Source of the DNA: Dehalococcoidia bacterium | Lineage (GTDB): Bacteria > Chloroflexota > Dehalococcoidia > Bin125 | Direction: 5' to 3' | NCBI GenBank assembly: GCA_963663895.2 | Contig: CAXXRD010000004.1 | Location: 59,139-123,138, forward strand | Length of the DNA stretch: 64,000 bases | Shown: positions 27,841-37,023 of the stretch, in pieces | Layout of the letters: each line of letters starts with the position of its first letter | Numbering within the stretch: the stretch's first letter is position 1 | Translations under genes and position numbers: made by a program | The notes under the pieces: generated by a model | Databases searched by the model: none | What the model saw: the letters and a program-made list of their open reading frames with translations, nothing else | Told to the model about the DNA's origin: nothing

Positions 27841-28501
27841 TCACCGCGAGATCAGAATCAAATTCTTTCTCCAAGAAGCAACTCAAATCGGTGAGAGCAG
27901 CGACGGCCTCAGGGCTGATAGGGCGCTCGCTATGCCGGAAAATGAAGGGGTCGCCTGCGCTCGCGGCCTCCGTTTCTTCAATGACTGCCCTGAAGTGCGC
28001 AAGGCGCGCACGAAGGTCATTCGCTTTGCTCCTGGCAGAAATGCCCCAAAAGGAGCATGCATCGTGGAACGTGATCTCACCAGATCGGCCCTCTCGCCAT
28101 TTGGTCATCGCACGAGAGTCAAGATAGCGCTGGAGGTCGGTTCCAGTGGCTCGATCAAGACCCGCCTTGCGAGGTGATGCGTCAGAACCAGCGCGCAAGA
28201 GATCGAGGGCACGACGTTCACCTGCGGCGGTGAGTCGGTACTGTTTATTCCCGACTCTCTCGATGAGTCCACGCTTGCGGAGGGGCTTAGACCCCATGAT
28301 CTCTGCGAAGACACGGTTTGAGTCGGGATAGATAGGCGTCCCCGATTCATCAAGGAACCCTCTCAACCCGAACGTTTCAGGGGAAGCCTTCCAGGCCGCG
28401 ACTACCAAGTCCTCGGCCGTAAAGACCGACTTGTCTGTCTCTCGAAGTCGCCAAGCCGAGAGGATGAGCTTCTCCGCGACGCCCAAGGACCGAGGCATCA
28501 C
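27818..28501 (-). CDS. Uncharacterised protein with an N-terminal winged-helix-like domain
   Basis: FTAEDLVVAAW...YPDSNRV...LRKRGLIERVG...YRLTAAG wing signature; 4-nt overlap with the upstream ATPase gene. Confidence 0.75.
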   Translation of the reverse strand: MMPRSLGVAEKLILSAWRLRETDKSVFTAEDLVVAAWKASPETFGLRGFLDESGTPIYPDSNRVFAEIMGSKPLRKRGLIERVGNKQYRLTAAGERRALDLLRAGSDASPRKAGLDRATGTDLQRYLDSRAMTKWREGRSGEITFHDACSFWGISARSKANDLRARLAHFRAVIEETEAASAGDPFIFRHSERPISPEAVAALTDLSCFLEKEFDSDLAVINQRTDR

Positions 28502-30747
28502 ATTGCCTCGGGCAAGCGGCCCTCAGTAATAAACGGTGTCAAGGCTCGTGCGGCTTTCCCTTGTACCTCGGACATCTGATCTCCCAATCGAGCCAACCAA
28601 TCAGTCTGGTCCAGTAGTTCAGCATCGGGGCCGGCAAGTAGCGCTATGTAGACCATGATCTCCGTATACCGTTCGATATGGTACATGCGCCACTCTCGGC
28701 TCTCATAACCAAAGCCCCTCGATTCATCAAGGTAGAGGTCAGCAAACGGCGCTTCGCTGTTGATCCACCAAACATTTAGCTCAACGTCGCGGGGTCGTTG
28801 ATAAACCGGTGGAACATCGCGACTAAGCTGAACAGACTCACCTGTCTCCGGATCGGGGTCAATGCCCGATATCAAGATCTTGGGGAACCCTTGCCTGCGG
28901 TCCTTCTCGGTTGATTCAACAACAGTCACCAGACTGGGAGCGGCCGCACATCGATCGTCAGCTGCGACGATCTCGGTCTCCCCGACCTCTCTGCCCCACA
29001 CCAACCCTGCCGCGCTCACACTTGCGACAGCAGGGTTCGCCTCATTCCAAATCAAGTAGATATCGCTCGTCGACCGGCCACCGCCCCGCAGCGTACACAT
29101 CGCACTCAAGGAAGAGCGCGACCCTACAGCAACGCTCATAGTGCGGGGAACAACCTCCATGTCCTGGATATCAACGACTTCAAGAGTAACCTGTTCGCTC
29201 GTAAGTTTTCGATCGCGAGTCTCGGCCCAAATCTTCGTGACCCCCGGCGCGAAAGTATTTATTACGTTAAGATCTTCGTCGACCAGAGCAACATTGGTGT
29301 CATCGACTTGCCAGTCAAATGGGGTTGGTTGAATGCGTCGCTCTTCCTGGAAGAAGCGGATATTAGGTCGGAAGGACACGCCAACACCCGCATGGGCATG
29401 GCTCAAGCTCAGCTCGATTCGTGTAGGAGTACCTCTTGGCAACGGGGGGACTGGGTCACCTCCTCCCCTTAGGCCACCCCACAATGTCGTGAAATGACGC
29501 GACATGAACTGATTCTTCCATTGATCCAGCGCCTCGTTAATGCGACTGAGTTCACTCTGCCCTTGTTGGGTCCTATCTCTGCGCTCTCGTTGTTCCCAAT
29601 CTCGACAGAAGTTCGAGAATTGTTCGGCAACCCAAGATTCCACAGCCCGAGTCAGCGGACTCTCCGCCAAGTTGGTGCGGGCGTTTGTCTTAAAGTCTGC
29701 CAAACTCTTTAGTTGGCACTCTCCATATACCTTCCACAGGTATGAGGACTGGAGATTCAGTGCCTCAACTGGTGTGAAGCCAAGAAAATCATCGTCGGCA
29801 AAGTAGGTAATGCTATGGCGGTGTCGGTGACTACGCGTCATTCGGACTTCGGAAGTTCTGAGGATAAGCCGTCCCTTCTCGTCCCCTGGCGTAACTGCCT
29901 GAATGACATCGGTGGTGAGAGGATCTAGTAGCTCGTCGGGAATCGGTATTTCAACCGGCTCGGGAAATTCGGAGGATGGAGGGATCGTTTCATGGGCGAG
30001 CGGTCCTCCACCGACGATCCTGCCTCTTTCCATGACGTACACGTGGCAGAGTTCAACGGCACGTGTCGTCTGTGGGTGATTCTTGATGGACTGCACAAGC
30101 TCCTGGACAGGGATTCTCCGGCTATAGCCCTTTGGCTCTCGCCCCATCACGAGGGTGAAGCCATTAGCGATCTCGAAGGCAGCACGAGCATTGTCGGGCA
30201 AGCCTGCGAACGTGACTCCCAGATCCCGGAGTGCATCCTCTAACTCAGCTTGCCGATCTGCGACAGGGTATCCCCGGCTCTGTGCAGCATCCGGGATGTA
30301 TCCAAATTGGAACGAGTTCGCCGCGACCCCGTATCTACTACCTCCACCCTCACTCACCGTCCGTATCTCCGCATGCTCACTGAACATCATGCTCATGTAG
30401 CACTTACCACCATTGCCATGCCCACCCTGAACCTGGATTCCAGGTGCATTCCGTGTTGCCGCGTCCGGATCAGCCCAGACCCGGAAGTTGCCCTCTATGG
30501 TCGCAGGGGTCATTCCGCCAAAGTCGAGCACACCGATCCCCTTGCCCCGCCTGCGAGTGCCCTGATCGAAGATGACAACGATGACGCGATCGGAAGGGGC
30601 AGTATTTCTCCGCGCGTATTCGTCAGACGAATTCTTAACCCACTCGGGGAGGCCGCCTTCGTGCGACTGAAATTCGGAGCAGATCAGCCTGACCGCCCCT
30701 TCCTTGTGGACATCTAGGACTTCGTCAGGCGTGTACTTGAATGCCAT
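28498..30747 (-). CDS. GHKL (MORC/Hsp90-like) ATPase with two internal Ig-like (Big_2-like) repeats
   Basis: PEWVKNSSD (ExxxNxxD), LDFGGM, GGHGNGGK; repeats W.VDDTNVALVD...APGVTKIWA and WNEANPAVASVSAAGLV.GREVGETEIVA. Confidence 0.82.
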   Translation of the reverse strand: MAFKYTPDEVLDVHKEGAVRLICSEFQSHEGGLPEWVKNSSDEYARRNTAPSDRVIVVIFDQGTRRRGKGIGVLDFGGMTPATIEGNFRVWADPDAATRNAPGIQVQGGHGNGGKCYMSMMFSEHAEIRTVSEGGGSRYGVAANSFQFGYIPDAAQSRGYPVADRQAELEDALRDLGVTFAGLPDNARAAFEIANGFTLVMGREPKGYSRRIPVQELVQSIKNHPQTTRAVELCHVYVMERGRIVGGGPLAHETIPPSSEFPEPVEIPIPDELLDPLTTDVIQAVTPGDEKGRLILRTSEVRMTRSHRHRHSITYFADDDFLGFTPVEALNLQSSYLWKVYGECQLKSLADFKTNARTNLAESPLTRAVESWVAEQFSNFCRDWEQRERRDRTQQGQSELSRINEALDQWKNQFMSRHFTTLWGGLRGGGDPVPPLPRGTPTRIELSLSHAHAGVGVSFRPNIRFFQEERRIQPTPFDWQVDDTNVALVDEDLNVINTFAPGVTKIWAETRDRKLTSEQVTLEVVDIQDMEVVPRTMSVAVGSRSSLSAMCTLRGGGRSTSDIYLIWNEANPAVASVSAAGLVWGREVGETEIVAADDRCAAAPSLVTVVESTEKDRRQGFPKILISGIDPDPETGESVQLSRDVPPVYQRPRDVELNVWWINSEAPFADLYLDESRGFGYESREWRMYHIERYTEIMVYIALLAGPDAELLDQTDWLARLGDQMSEVQGKAARALTPFITEGRLPEAM

Positions 30748-31038
30748 CGTTGCTCTTCACACTCGCTGGGCGTCTCGTCCAGTGAGGGGGATGATAGCGG
30801 GCCTACCCAAACAATTTCTCACGTGTGGTGGTCGGGGAGGAGGGAACCGTGCTGGGTCACTCGCTGTGCTTACCGATAGCAGAGGTAGACAGACGGATAG
30901 CTGGCTTCGGAGTGCTCGCGATCGTGGAGCGCACGCCGAGGCAGCGCAGACGCTCGCCCAGCCAATGTACGTCACTGGAGAAGCCGTCGGGACCTCCCCG
31001 AGCTCATCGGCCAGCGGTCTAAGGCGTGACGGGCGCGA

Positions 31039-31068
31039 TTGACCCCGTTTCGGCGCGGGTGCGATACT
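31039..31068 (+). promoter_or_regulatory. Sigma70-type promoter of the rpmH operon
   Basis: TTGACC-N18-GATACT with a TGn extension. Confidence 0.6.
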
Positions 31069-31118
31069 GCGGGAAATAAGCCCCGGCCGCCCCGAGGCGG
31101 CCGAAGACGACCATAACC

Positions 31119-31256
31119 ATGCCCAAGCGAACCTACCAACCCAAGCGGAAACGGAGAAAGCGCGTACACGGATTCCGGGCCAGGATGGCAACCAAGGGCG
31201 GCTGCGCCGTGCTCAAGCGCCGCCGCCGCCGCGGGCGCCATCGGCTGACCGTCTAA
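31119..31256 (+). CDS. rpmH: 50S ribosomal protein L34 (missing from the ORF track)
   Basis: [45 protein letters not shown]. Confidence 0.97.
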   Translation: MPKRTYQPKRKRRKRVHGFRARMATKGGCAVLKRRRRRGRHRLTV

Positions 31257-31302
31257 GTCATTCGAGCGCGGGCCGGCATCAGCGCCCCTGCCTCCTTCCC
31301 GT

Positions 31303-31632
31303 ATGCGTCGCCAGCAACGGTTGCGTCACCGGCGGGAGTTCGCGGCTGCCTACCGCAGCGGAGCGGTCTTTCGCAGCCGGCTGCTCGTCCTGCGCGTGCG
31401 CGCCAATCCGGACGTGGACGGTCCGCGATTCGGCTTCGCGGCGGGCAAGCGGCTGGGAAGCGCCGTGGTGCGGAACCGGCTGAAACGGCGCCTGCGGGCG
31501 GCGGCCCGCGGGAGCGGAGCGCGAGGAGGAGCGGACGTGGTCGTCATCGCGCGCCCGGCGGCGCTGCGGGCGTCCTACCAGGAGATCGAAGGGGAGCTGG
31601 GCCTGCTGCTCGGCCAAGCCAAGCTCCTGTGA
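31303..31632 (+). CDS. rnpA: Ribonuclease P protein component
   Basis: RL...EF, RFGF...[17 protein letters not shown] motifs. Confidence 0.96.
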   Translation: MRRQQRLRHRREFAAAYRSGAVFRSRLLVLRVRANPDVDGPRFGFAAGKRLGSAVVRNRLKRRLRAAARGSGARGGADVVVIARPAALRASYQEIEGELGLLLGQAKLL

Positions 31633-31922
31633 GGCCTGCGGCAGCGCCGAAGCAGCTTGCGATCGCGCTGATCCGGGGCTACCAGCGCTGCCTGTCGCCG
31701 CTGCTGCCGCCGAGTTGCCGCTTCGAACCGTCTTGCTCCCAGTACGGCGTCGAGGCCTTGCGGGAACGGGGGCTGCTCAGGGGCTCGCTCCAGACCGGCT
31801 GGCGGCTGCTGCGCTGCAATCCGCTCAACGGCGGCGGGTACGACCCGGTCCGCCCGCCTGCCGGGACGGCCGGTACCGGACACGACGGAGCCGCCGGGAA
31901 AACCGAAGTGCTGGAACGATGA
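31629..31922 (+). CDS. yidD: Membrane protein insertion efficiency factor YidD
   Basis: [18 protein letters not shown]...RLLRCNP...GGYDPV. Confidence 0.96.
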   Translation: MRPAAAPKQLAIALIRGYQRCLSPLLPPSCRFEPSCSQYGVEALRERGLLRGSLQTGWRLLRCNPLNGGGYDPVRPPAGTAGTGHDGAAGKTEVLER

Positions 31923-33157
31923 GCAGCGGGCCGAGCCGGCCGTGGTTTCACGTGAAACGCCGCCACCGGCTGCTGGTTCTCCCTCTCCTGGCGGGAACCC
32001 TGGCCCTCGCCTGCCAGAGCTTCGACACGGCCGACGGTTGGGCGTCGCCCCAAGTGTTCGAGGTCGGCGAGCGCGAGCTGATCATTCACGCCACGGGCGA
32101 GGACTCGATCGTGGCGATCGATCCCGGGACGGGCGAGAGCGTGTGGGAATTCCCCGACCCCGATTCCGACGGCCGCTTCCCCGGGCTCCTTCCCGATATC
32201 GATGAGAAGGTCGACGCGGACTCCTTCTACGCCGAGCCGCTCCTCCTGGCCGGTGAAGAGCTGGCCGTGGCCACGCATAAGCGCGGTCGCGTCTATGCGC
32301 TGCGCTTGGACGGCACCAGCGCCCGCCTCCTGATAGAGACGGGATCGGAGATCGTGTCGGAGCTCAACCTGGACGCGGCCGGGGTGCTGTACGTGACCAC
32401 CGCGACCGCGGGGGTGTTCGCGATCGACCCCGCGCTGCCGCTCGACCCGGAGAAGCCCCTCAGCGCCGGCGAACAGCCGGGGCTGCTCTGGCAGTACAAC
32501 GCTTTCGACGGGACCATTTGGGGGAGCCCCGCGCTCGCGGACACGGAGACGCACGGCCAGATCCTGCTGGTGCCGACGCTGGGGGGGACGCTCTACGCCC
32601 TGCGGACCGACCCGGCGGGCGGGACGGCGCGGGTGGCCTGGACGTTCGAGGCGGACGCCGGGATCGGCGGCGACGCCGTGGTCGCCGACGGCCGCCTGTT
32701 CATCGGCAGCTTCGACCGCCATCTGTACGCGATCGACGTCGAGAGCGGAGCGGAGCTGTGGCGGCACCGCAGCAGCGACTGGTTCTGGACCGAGGTGCTC
32801 GTCACGGACGGCACCGTCTACGCGGGAGACCTGAACGGTTACGTCTGGGCGCTGGATGCGGCGACCGGCGCTCCCCGCTGGGATGCCCCCTATGCAGGCG
32901 GAGACGATTTCCGCGCCAAGCCGGGCCTGACGGCCGACGGGGCGATGCTGATCGTCGTAGACCGCGACGGCTTCACGCACGCGATCGATCGGGAGAGCGG
33001 CAGCGGAGTATGGGTTCAGCCGAGGGAGACGCAGCTTCCCGACCTGTTCTATGCCAACCCGCTGGTGCTGGGAAGCGAGATCTTCGTGGCGAACGAAGCG
33101 GGTGAGCTGTTCCGCGTGAGCGAGGACGCGGTAGAGCTCTTCTACCCGCCGGACTAG
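31919..33157 (+). CDS. PQQ-like beta-propeller repeat lipoprotein (BamB-like)
   Basis: Lipobox LALAC; repeated A.D..tG...W motifs; ATG overlaps the yidD stop. Confidence 0.88.
   Translation: MSSGPSRPWFHVKRRHRLLVLPLLAGTLALACQSFDTADGWASPQVFEVGERELIIHATGEDSIVAIDPGTGESVWEFPDPDSDGRFPGLLPDIDEKVDADSFYAEPLLLAGEELAVATHKRGRVYALRLDGTSARLLIETGSEIVSELNLDAAGVLYVTTATAGVFAIDPALPLDPEKPLSAGEQPGLLWQYNAFDGTIWGSPALADTETHGQILLVPTLGGTLYALRTDPAGGTARVAWTFEADAGIGGDAVVADGRLFIGSFDRHLYAIDVESGAELWRHRSSDWFWTEVLVTDGTVYAGDLNGYVWALDAATGAPRWDAPYAGGDDFRAKPGLTADGAMLIVVDRDGFTHAIDRESGSGVWVQPRETQLPDLFYANPLVLGSEIFVANEAGELFRVSEDAVELFYPPD
31944..31959. promoter_or_regulatory. parS centromere-like site
   Basis: gGTTTCACGTGAAACg is a 14/16 match to TGTTTCACGTGAAACA; about 3.3 kb from parA. 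Confidence 0.85.
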
Positions 33158-33178
33158 GGAGCGCGAGCGCCAACGACG

Positions 33179-34201
33179 ATGGAAACGATCGAGCTCATCT
33201 TCGACACGATCCTGATCGATCCGATCATGAACGCGTTGATCATCTTGGCGAGCGCGCTCTTCGGGAGCTACGGGCTGGCGATCATCGCCTTCACCCTGAT
33301 CGCCCGGTTCGTGACCTACCCGTTGGTGCTGCGCCAGCTGCGCACGACGCGCGCCATGCAGGAGATGCAGCCGCGCCTGCAAGAGATCCAGAAGAAATAC
33401 AAAGACCCGCGCCGGCGCCAGCAGGAGATGATGAAGCTTTACCGAGAGGTGGGCTTCAATCCTTTGGGCTGTGCCCTGCCGCTGTTGGTTCAGCTCCCGA
33501 TCTGGATCGCACTATACCAAGTTATCCGTCAATCACTGGGGACGACCCCGGAGTCGCTCTTCGGACTGTCGGGGCGCCTCTACGACTGGACCTACATCAC
33601 CGAGGCCCCGCCGCTCGATCGGAATTTCCTGACGCTGGACCTGGCGAATCCGTCCTTCATCCTGGCGATCTTGGTCGCCGTGGGCACGTTCGTGCAGCAG
33701 AAGCTCAGCACTACGCGATCGGTGGCCAAGGACGACCGTCAGGCCTCCGTGAACCGCACCATGATCTGGATCTTGCCGATTATGTTCGGTTTCTTCTCCT
33801 TGCAGGTGCCGAGCGGCCTCTCGCTCTACTGGTTCGTCACCACCCTGTTCACCATCGTGGCGGCCTACATCTACAACGGCCCGGAGAACTTCCGTTGGCG
33901 GCAGCTCTTCACCATGGAGCCGATGCTGGCCCCCTCCACCGCAGCCCGCGCGGCGGCGGACGGCGGCGGAAGCCGATCATCAAACGAGCACACGGCGAGC
34001 GAGGATGAAAAAGCGGCCGAGCCGGGCGAGCCGGCCAAGCCCCAGGCGCAGGAGGCGCCGGCGCGGCGGTCGCGGCGGCGGCGGCGCCGGCGGCGGCGGC
34101 GCGGCGGCAACCGGCCTTGGGAGCAAGGAGAGAACCGGGCGGCGGGGGACGGCAACTCGCGATCTTCATCTGGAGCATCGGACGATCCCTCCGCACAATG
34201 A
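33179..34201 (+). CDS. yidC: Membrane protein insertase YidC/Oxa1
   Basis: YGLAII.FT, MQ..QP....IQKKYK, NPLGC.LP.L.Q.PI and PSGL.LYW motifs. Confidence 0.96.
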   Translation: METIELIFDTILIDPIMNALIILASALFGSYGLAIIAFTLIARFVTYPLVLRQLRTTRAMQEMQPRLQEIQKKYKDPRRRQQEMMKLYREVGFNPLGCALPLLVQLPIWIALYQVIRQSLGTTPESLFGLSGRLYDWTYITEAPPLDRNFLTLDLANPSFILAILVAVGTFVQQKLSTTRSVAKDDRQASVNRTMIWILPIMFGFFSLQVPSGLSLYWFVTTLFTIVAAYIYNGPENFRWRQLFTMEPMLAPSTAARAAADGGGSRSSNEHTASEDEKAAEPGEPAKPQAQEAPARRSRRRRRRRRRRGGNRPWEQGENRAAGDGNSRSSSGASDDPSAQ

Positions 34202-34247
34202 TTAAGCGAGAGCGGCACAGCCGCGGGATTAGGTAAGGACGCAAGGG

Positions 34248-35189
34248 ATGGCGCGACGGACTCGCGAGGCGGTGGAGCGGACCGGCAAGACAGTCGACGA
34301 GGCGGTGCAGCGCGCGCTGCGCGACCTCGGCCTCGATCGGACCGAAGTCGAGGTGCAGGTGATCAGCGAAGGACGGACGGGCGTGCTGGGGATCGGCGCG
34401 ACCTCAGCGCGCGTCCGGGTGGCGCCGCTGGCGCCCGGCGAGCCGGTCGAGGCCGCGCCGACCGCCAGAGAGGAAGCATTGCCACGGATCGACGACTACG
34501 CCCTGGATGAGCGCGAAGAGGTGGACCCGCGCACGCGGCCGGGACGGAGCAGCCGTGGGAGGGGGAGTACGCGGGAGGCGCCGTGGGATCGTGGCCGGCA
34601 GGGACGCGGACGGGCGCGCGAACAGCCGGAGCCGCAGGTTCCGCTGGAGGAGCGCATTCCCTTCGAAATGCTCGCATCGCCGCTGGAGGAGCCCGTCGAG
34701 GATCCGGTCGAGCACGCGCGCAACATCCTGCATGATCTCATGCGGATCATGGGCATCGACGCCGAGATCACGAGCCGGACGCCGGAAACGCCGATGGACG
34801 GGCTCGATCACGCGGCAGCGGTGCTGGACGTGAATCCGGCGCACGCCGGCGACGACCTCGGCTTCCTGATCGGGCGCCGTGGCGAACACTTGGCGGCGCT
34901 GCAGTACATCGTGAACGTGATCCTGAGCCAGACGCACAGCGGCGGAAATCCAGTCACGGTTGACGTGCATCACTACAAACGCAGGCGGGAGGAGTCGCTG
35001 AACGCCTTGGCGCGGCAGATGGCGGACGAAGTGCGCCGAACCAAGGAAGAAGTGGACTTGGAGCCGATGTCCGCCGCCGAGCGCCGCATCATTCATCTCG
35101 CGCTGGCGGAGGAGACCGACGTGGCGACGGAGTCGGTGGGGGCGGGTGATGCGCGCAGGGTGACCATTGTGTACCTTGACGAGAGTTAG
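34248..35189 (+). CDS. jag: RNA-binding protein Jag/KhpB (Jag_N, KH, R3H)
   Basis: GKTVDEA, LIGRRGEHL.ALQY and LEPM...ERRIIH motifs. Confidence 0.94.
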   Translation: MARRTREAVERTGKTVDEAVQRALRDLGLDRTEVEVQVISEGRTGVLGIGATSARVRVAPLAPGEPVEAAPTAREEALPRIDDYALDEREEVDPRTRPGRSSRGRGSTREAPWDRGRQGRGRAREQPEPQVPLEERIPFEMLASPLEEPVEDPVEHARNILHDLMRIMGIDAEITSRTPETPMDGLDHAAAVLDVNPAHAGDDLGFLIGRRGEHLAALQYIVNVILSQTHSGGNPVTVDVHHYKRRREESLNALARQMADEVRRTKEEVDLEPMSAAERRIIHLALAEETDVATESVGAGDARRVTIVYLDES

Positions 35190-35231
35190 CACTGCTCGTT
35201 CCGCGGCGGGGTCGGCGCATGCTGGAGCCTG

Positions 35232-36035
35232 ATGGCCATTTGGGCTATCGCGAACCAGAAGGGCGGCGTCGGCAAGAGCACGACGGGGATCAACCTGGGC
35301 GCGGCGCTCGCGCGACGCGGGCTGCGGGTGTTGCTCGTCGACAGCGACCCGCAAAGTAACGCGACGAGCGGTCTCGGCATCCGCCCGGGCGACACGCCCA
35401 CCATCTACGATCTCTTGTTCGCTGCGGCTCCCCAGCCGGACGCGGCCATTCTGCCGACGCGGCAGCAGGGACTCCATCTGATCGCCGCCACGCCGGCGCT
35501 CGCCGGCGCGGAGGTCGAACTGGCCGGGGCGCCGGCGCGCGAGCACCGCCTGCAACGCGCCTTGGCCGGGGCCGCGGCGCGCTTCGATCAGATCCTGATC
35601 GACTGTCCGCCATCGCTGGGACTGCTCACCGTGAACGCGCTCTGCACGGCGGATACCGTGCTGGTGCCGGTGCAGTGCGAATACCTGGCGCTGGAAGGGT
35701 TGGGGCACCTCATCACGACCATCGATCTCGTGCGCCGCAACCTGAACCCGCATCTCGCCGTCGGCGCGGTGCTGCTGACGATGTTCGACGGGCGCACCAA
35801 TCTGGCGCAGCAAGTGGTGGACGAGGTCCGGCAGCATTTCCCGGAGACGCTCCAGACCGTCATCCCCCGGTCGATCCGATTAGGGGAAGCGCCCAGCCAC
35901 GGGCGCACGATCTTCGAGTACGCGCCACAGTCCGCGGGAGCAGTCGCCTACGCCCAAGCGGCGGCGGAGCTGCAAGCCACGGCTTTCGGAGCGCGGCAGC
36001 CTCCCGTGCAGGCTACGGTAGGAGCAGGAGCATGA
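35232..36035 (+). CDS. parA: Chromosome partitioning ATPase ParA/Soj
   Basis: NQKGGVGKST, D.DPQ.NAT, IDCPPSLG and PVQCEYLALEG motifs. Confidence 0.96.
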   Translation: MAIWAIANQKGGVGKSTTGINLGAALARRGLRVLLVDSDPQSNATSGLGIRPGDTPTIYDLLFAAAPQPDAAILPTRQQGLHLIAATPALAGAEVELAGAPAREHRLQRALAGAAARFDQILIDCPPSLGLLTVNALCTADTVLVPVQCEYLALEGLGHLITTIDLVRRNLNPHLAVGAVLLTMFDGRTNLAQQVVDEVRQHFPETLQTVIPRSIRLGEAPSHGRTIFEYAPQSAGAVAYAQAAAELQATAFGARQPPVQATVGAGA

Positions 36036-36949
36036 GCAGCCGACATGCGTTAGGACGCGGCTTGGACTCTTTGATCTCGCCTGCGGGCGGCGGTCGTGTG
36101 GAACCACCCGCGGAAACGCCAACGGCGGCGCGCACGGCGCTCCCCATCGCGGCGATCCAACCGAATCCCGACCAACCGCGCAGCTATGTGGACCCGGCGG
36201 GCTTGGAGGAGCTGGCATCGAGCATCCGCGAGCACGGCGTGTTGCAGCCGATCATCGTGCGGCGCGACGCGGAGGCAGGCTACGTCTTGGTCGCCGGCGA
36301 GCGACGCTGGCGCGCGGCACGGCTCGCGGGGCTCTCGGAGATTCCCGCGATCATCACGGACGTGGCAAGCGATGGACTGCTGGCGGTGGCCTTGGTCGAG
36401 AACCTGCAGCGAGAAGACCTCAGCCCCTTGGAGGAGGCGCACGCCTACGCCCGCTTGATCGATCGGACGGGAATGACGCAGCAGCGCCTGGCGGCACGGG
36501 TCGGGAAGAGCCGCGCCGCGATCACGAACGCGCTGCGGCTGCTGCAGCTGCCCGATCCGATCCGCTTGAGCTTGGCGGCCCGCGAGATCAGCGAAGGGCA
36601 CGCGCGCGCGATCCTGGGCGCGGACGGAGAGGAGCAGCAGCTCCAGATTTGGGAGCAGGTGAAACGGCGCGGGCTATCGGTCCGGGATACCGAGCGCGCG
36701 GTGCAAGCGCTGCGGCCCACAAAGCTGACGGGCAGGGCGAAGGCGCGGAAGCCGGGCGACGACCTGGCGCAGGAACGCCTGCAATCCGCACTCGGCACCA
36801 AGGTGCGGGTGGAGCGCGGCCGCAAGGGCGGGCGAATCGTAGTGCAGTGGTACGACGACGAGCAGCTCGAGGCGATCGTGACCGCGTTGGTCGCGACGGC
36901 CGCGGCGATCGAAGAGCGGTCGCCTGCGCCGGACTCGATCGCCGTCTGA
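36032..36949 (+). CDS. parB: Chromosome partitioning protein ParB/Spo0J
   Basis: LGRGL..L, QPR, GERRWRA, ENLQREDL and HTH GKSR..ITN.LRL motifs. Confidence 0.96.
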   Translation: MSSRHALGRGLDSLISPAGGGRVEPPAETPTAARTALPIAAIQPNPDQPRSYVDPAGLEELASSIREHGVLQPIIVRRDAEAGYVLVAGERRWRAARLAGLSEIPAIITDVASDGLLAVALVENLQREDLSPLEEAHAYARLIDRTGMTQQRLAARVGKSRAAITNALRLLQLPDPIRLSLAAREISEGHARAILGADGEEQQLQIWEQVKRRGLSVRDTERAVQALRPTKLTGRAKARKPGDDLAQERLQSALGTKVRVERGRKGGRIVVQWYDDEQLEAIVTALVATAAAIEERSPAPDSIAV

Positions 36950-37023
36950 CGCAACCCGGCCCCGTGGCGGCGCAGGCAGCGGCTACCATGGCCTTCTAAC
37001 ACGGCGGCGCGGAGGGAGCCGAG

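Larger units (their letters stand above)
26664..31020. mobile_element. Lower-GC horizontally acquired islet (MTase + wHTH + GHKL-Ig), no integrase
   Basis: Abrupt rise in A/T content and A/T-ending codons between the slt stop and the rpmH promoter; boundaries approximate. Confidence 0.7.

Noticed and set aside
26655-30985. GGGACCT at both islet edges as a target-site duplication or att site
   Set aside because: Only 7 bp in GC-rich DNA, so expected by chance; no recombinase present
30757-31191. Small ORFs between the ATPase gene and rpmH as a fourth islet gene
   Set aside because: No RBS or motifs; they overlap promoter regions or rpmH; a degraded remnant cannot be excluded
34060-34105. (CGG)n microsatellite
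   Set aside because: It is the in-frame poly-Arg tail of YidC, not an independent repeat element
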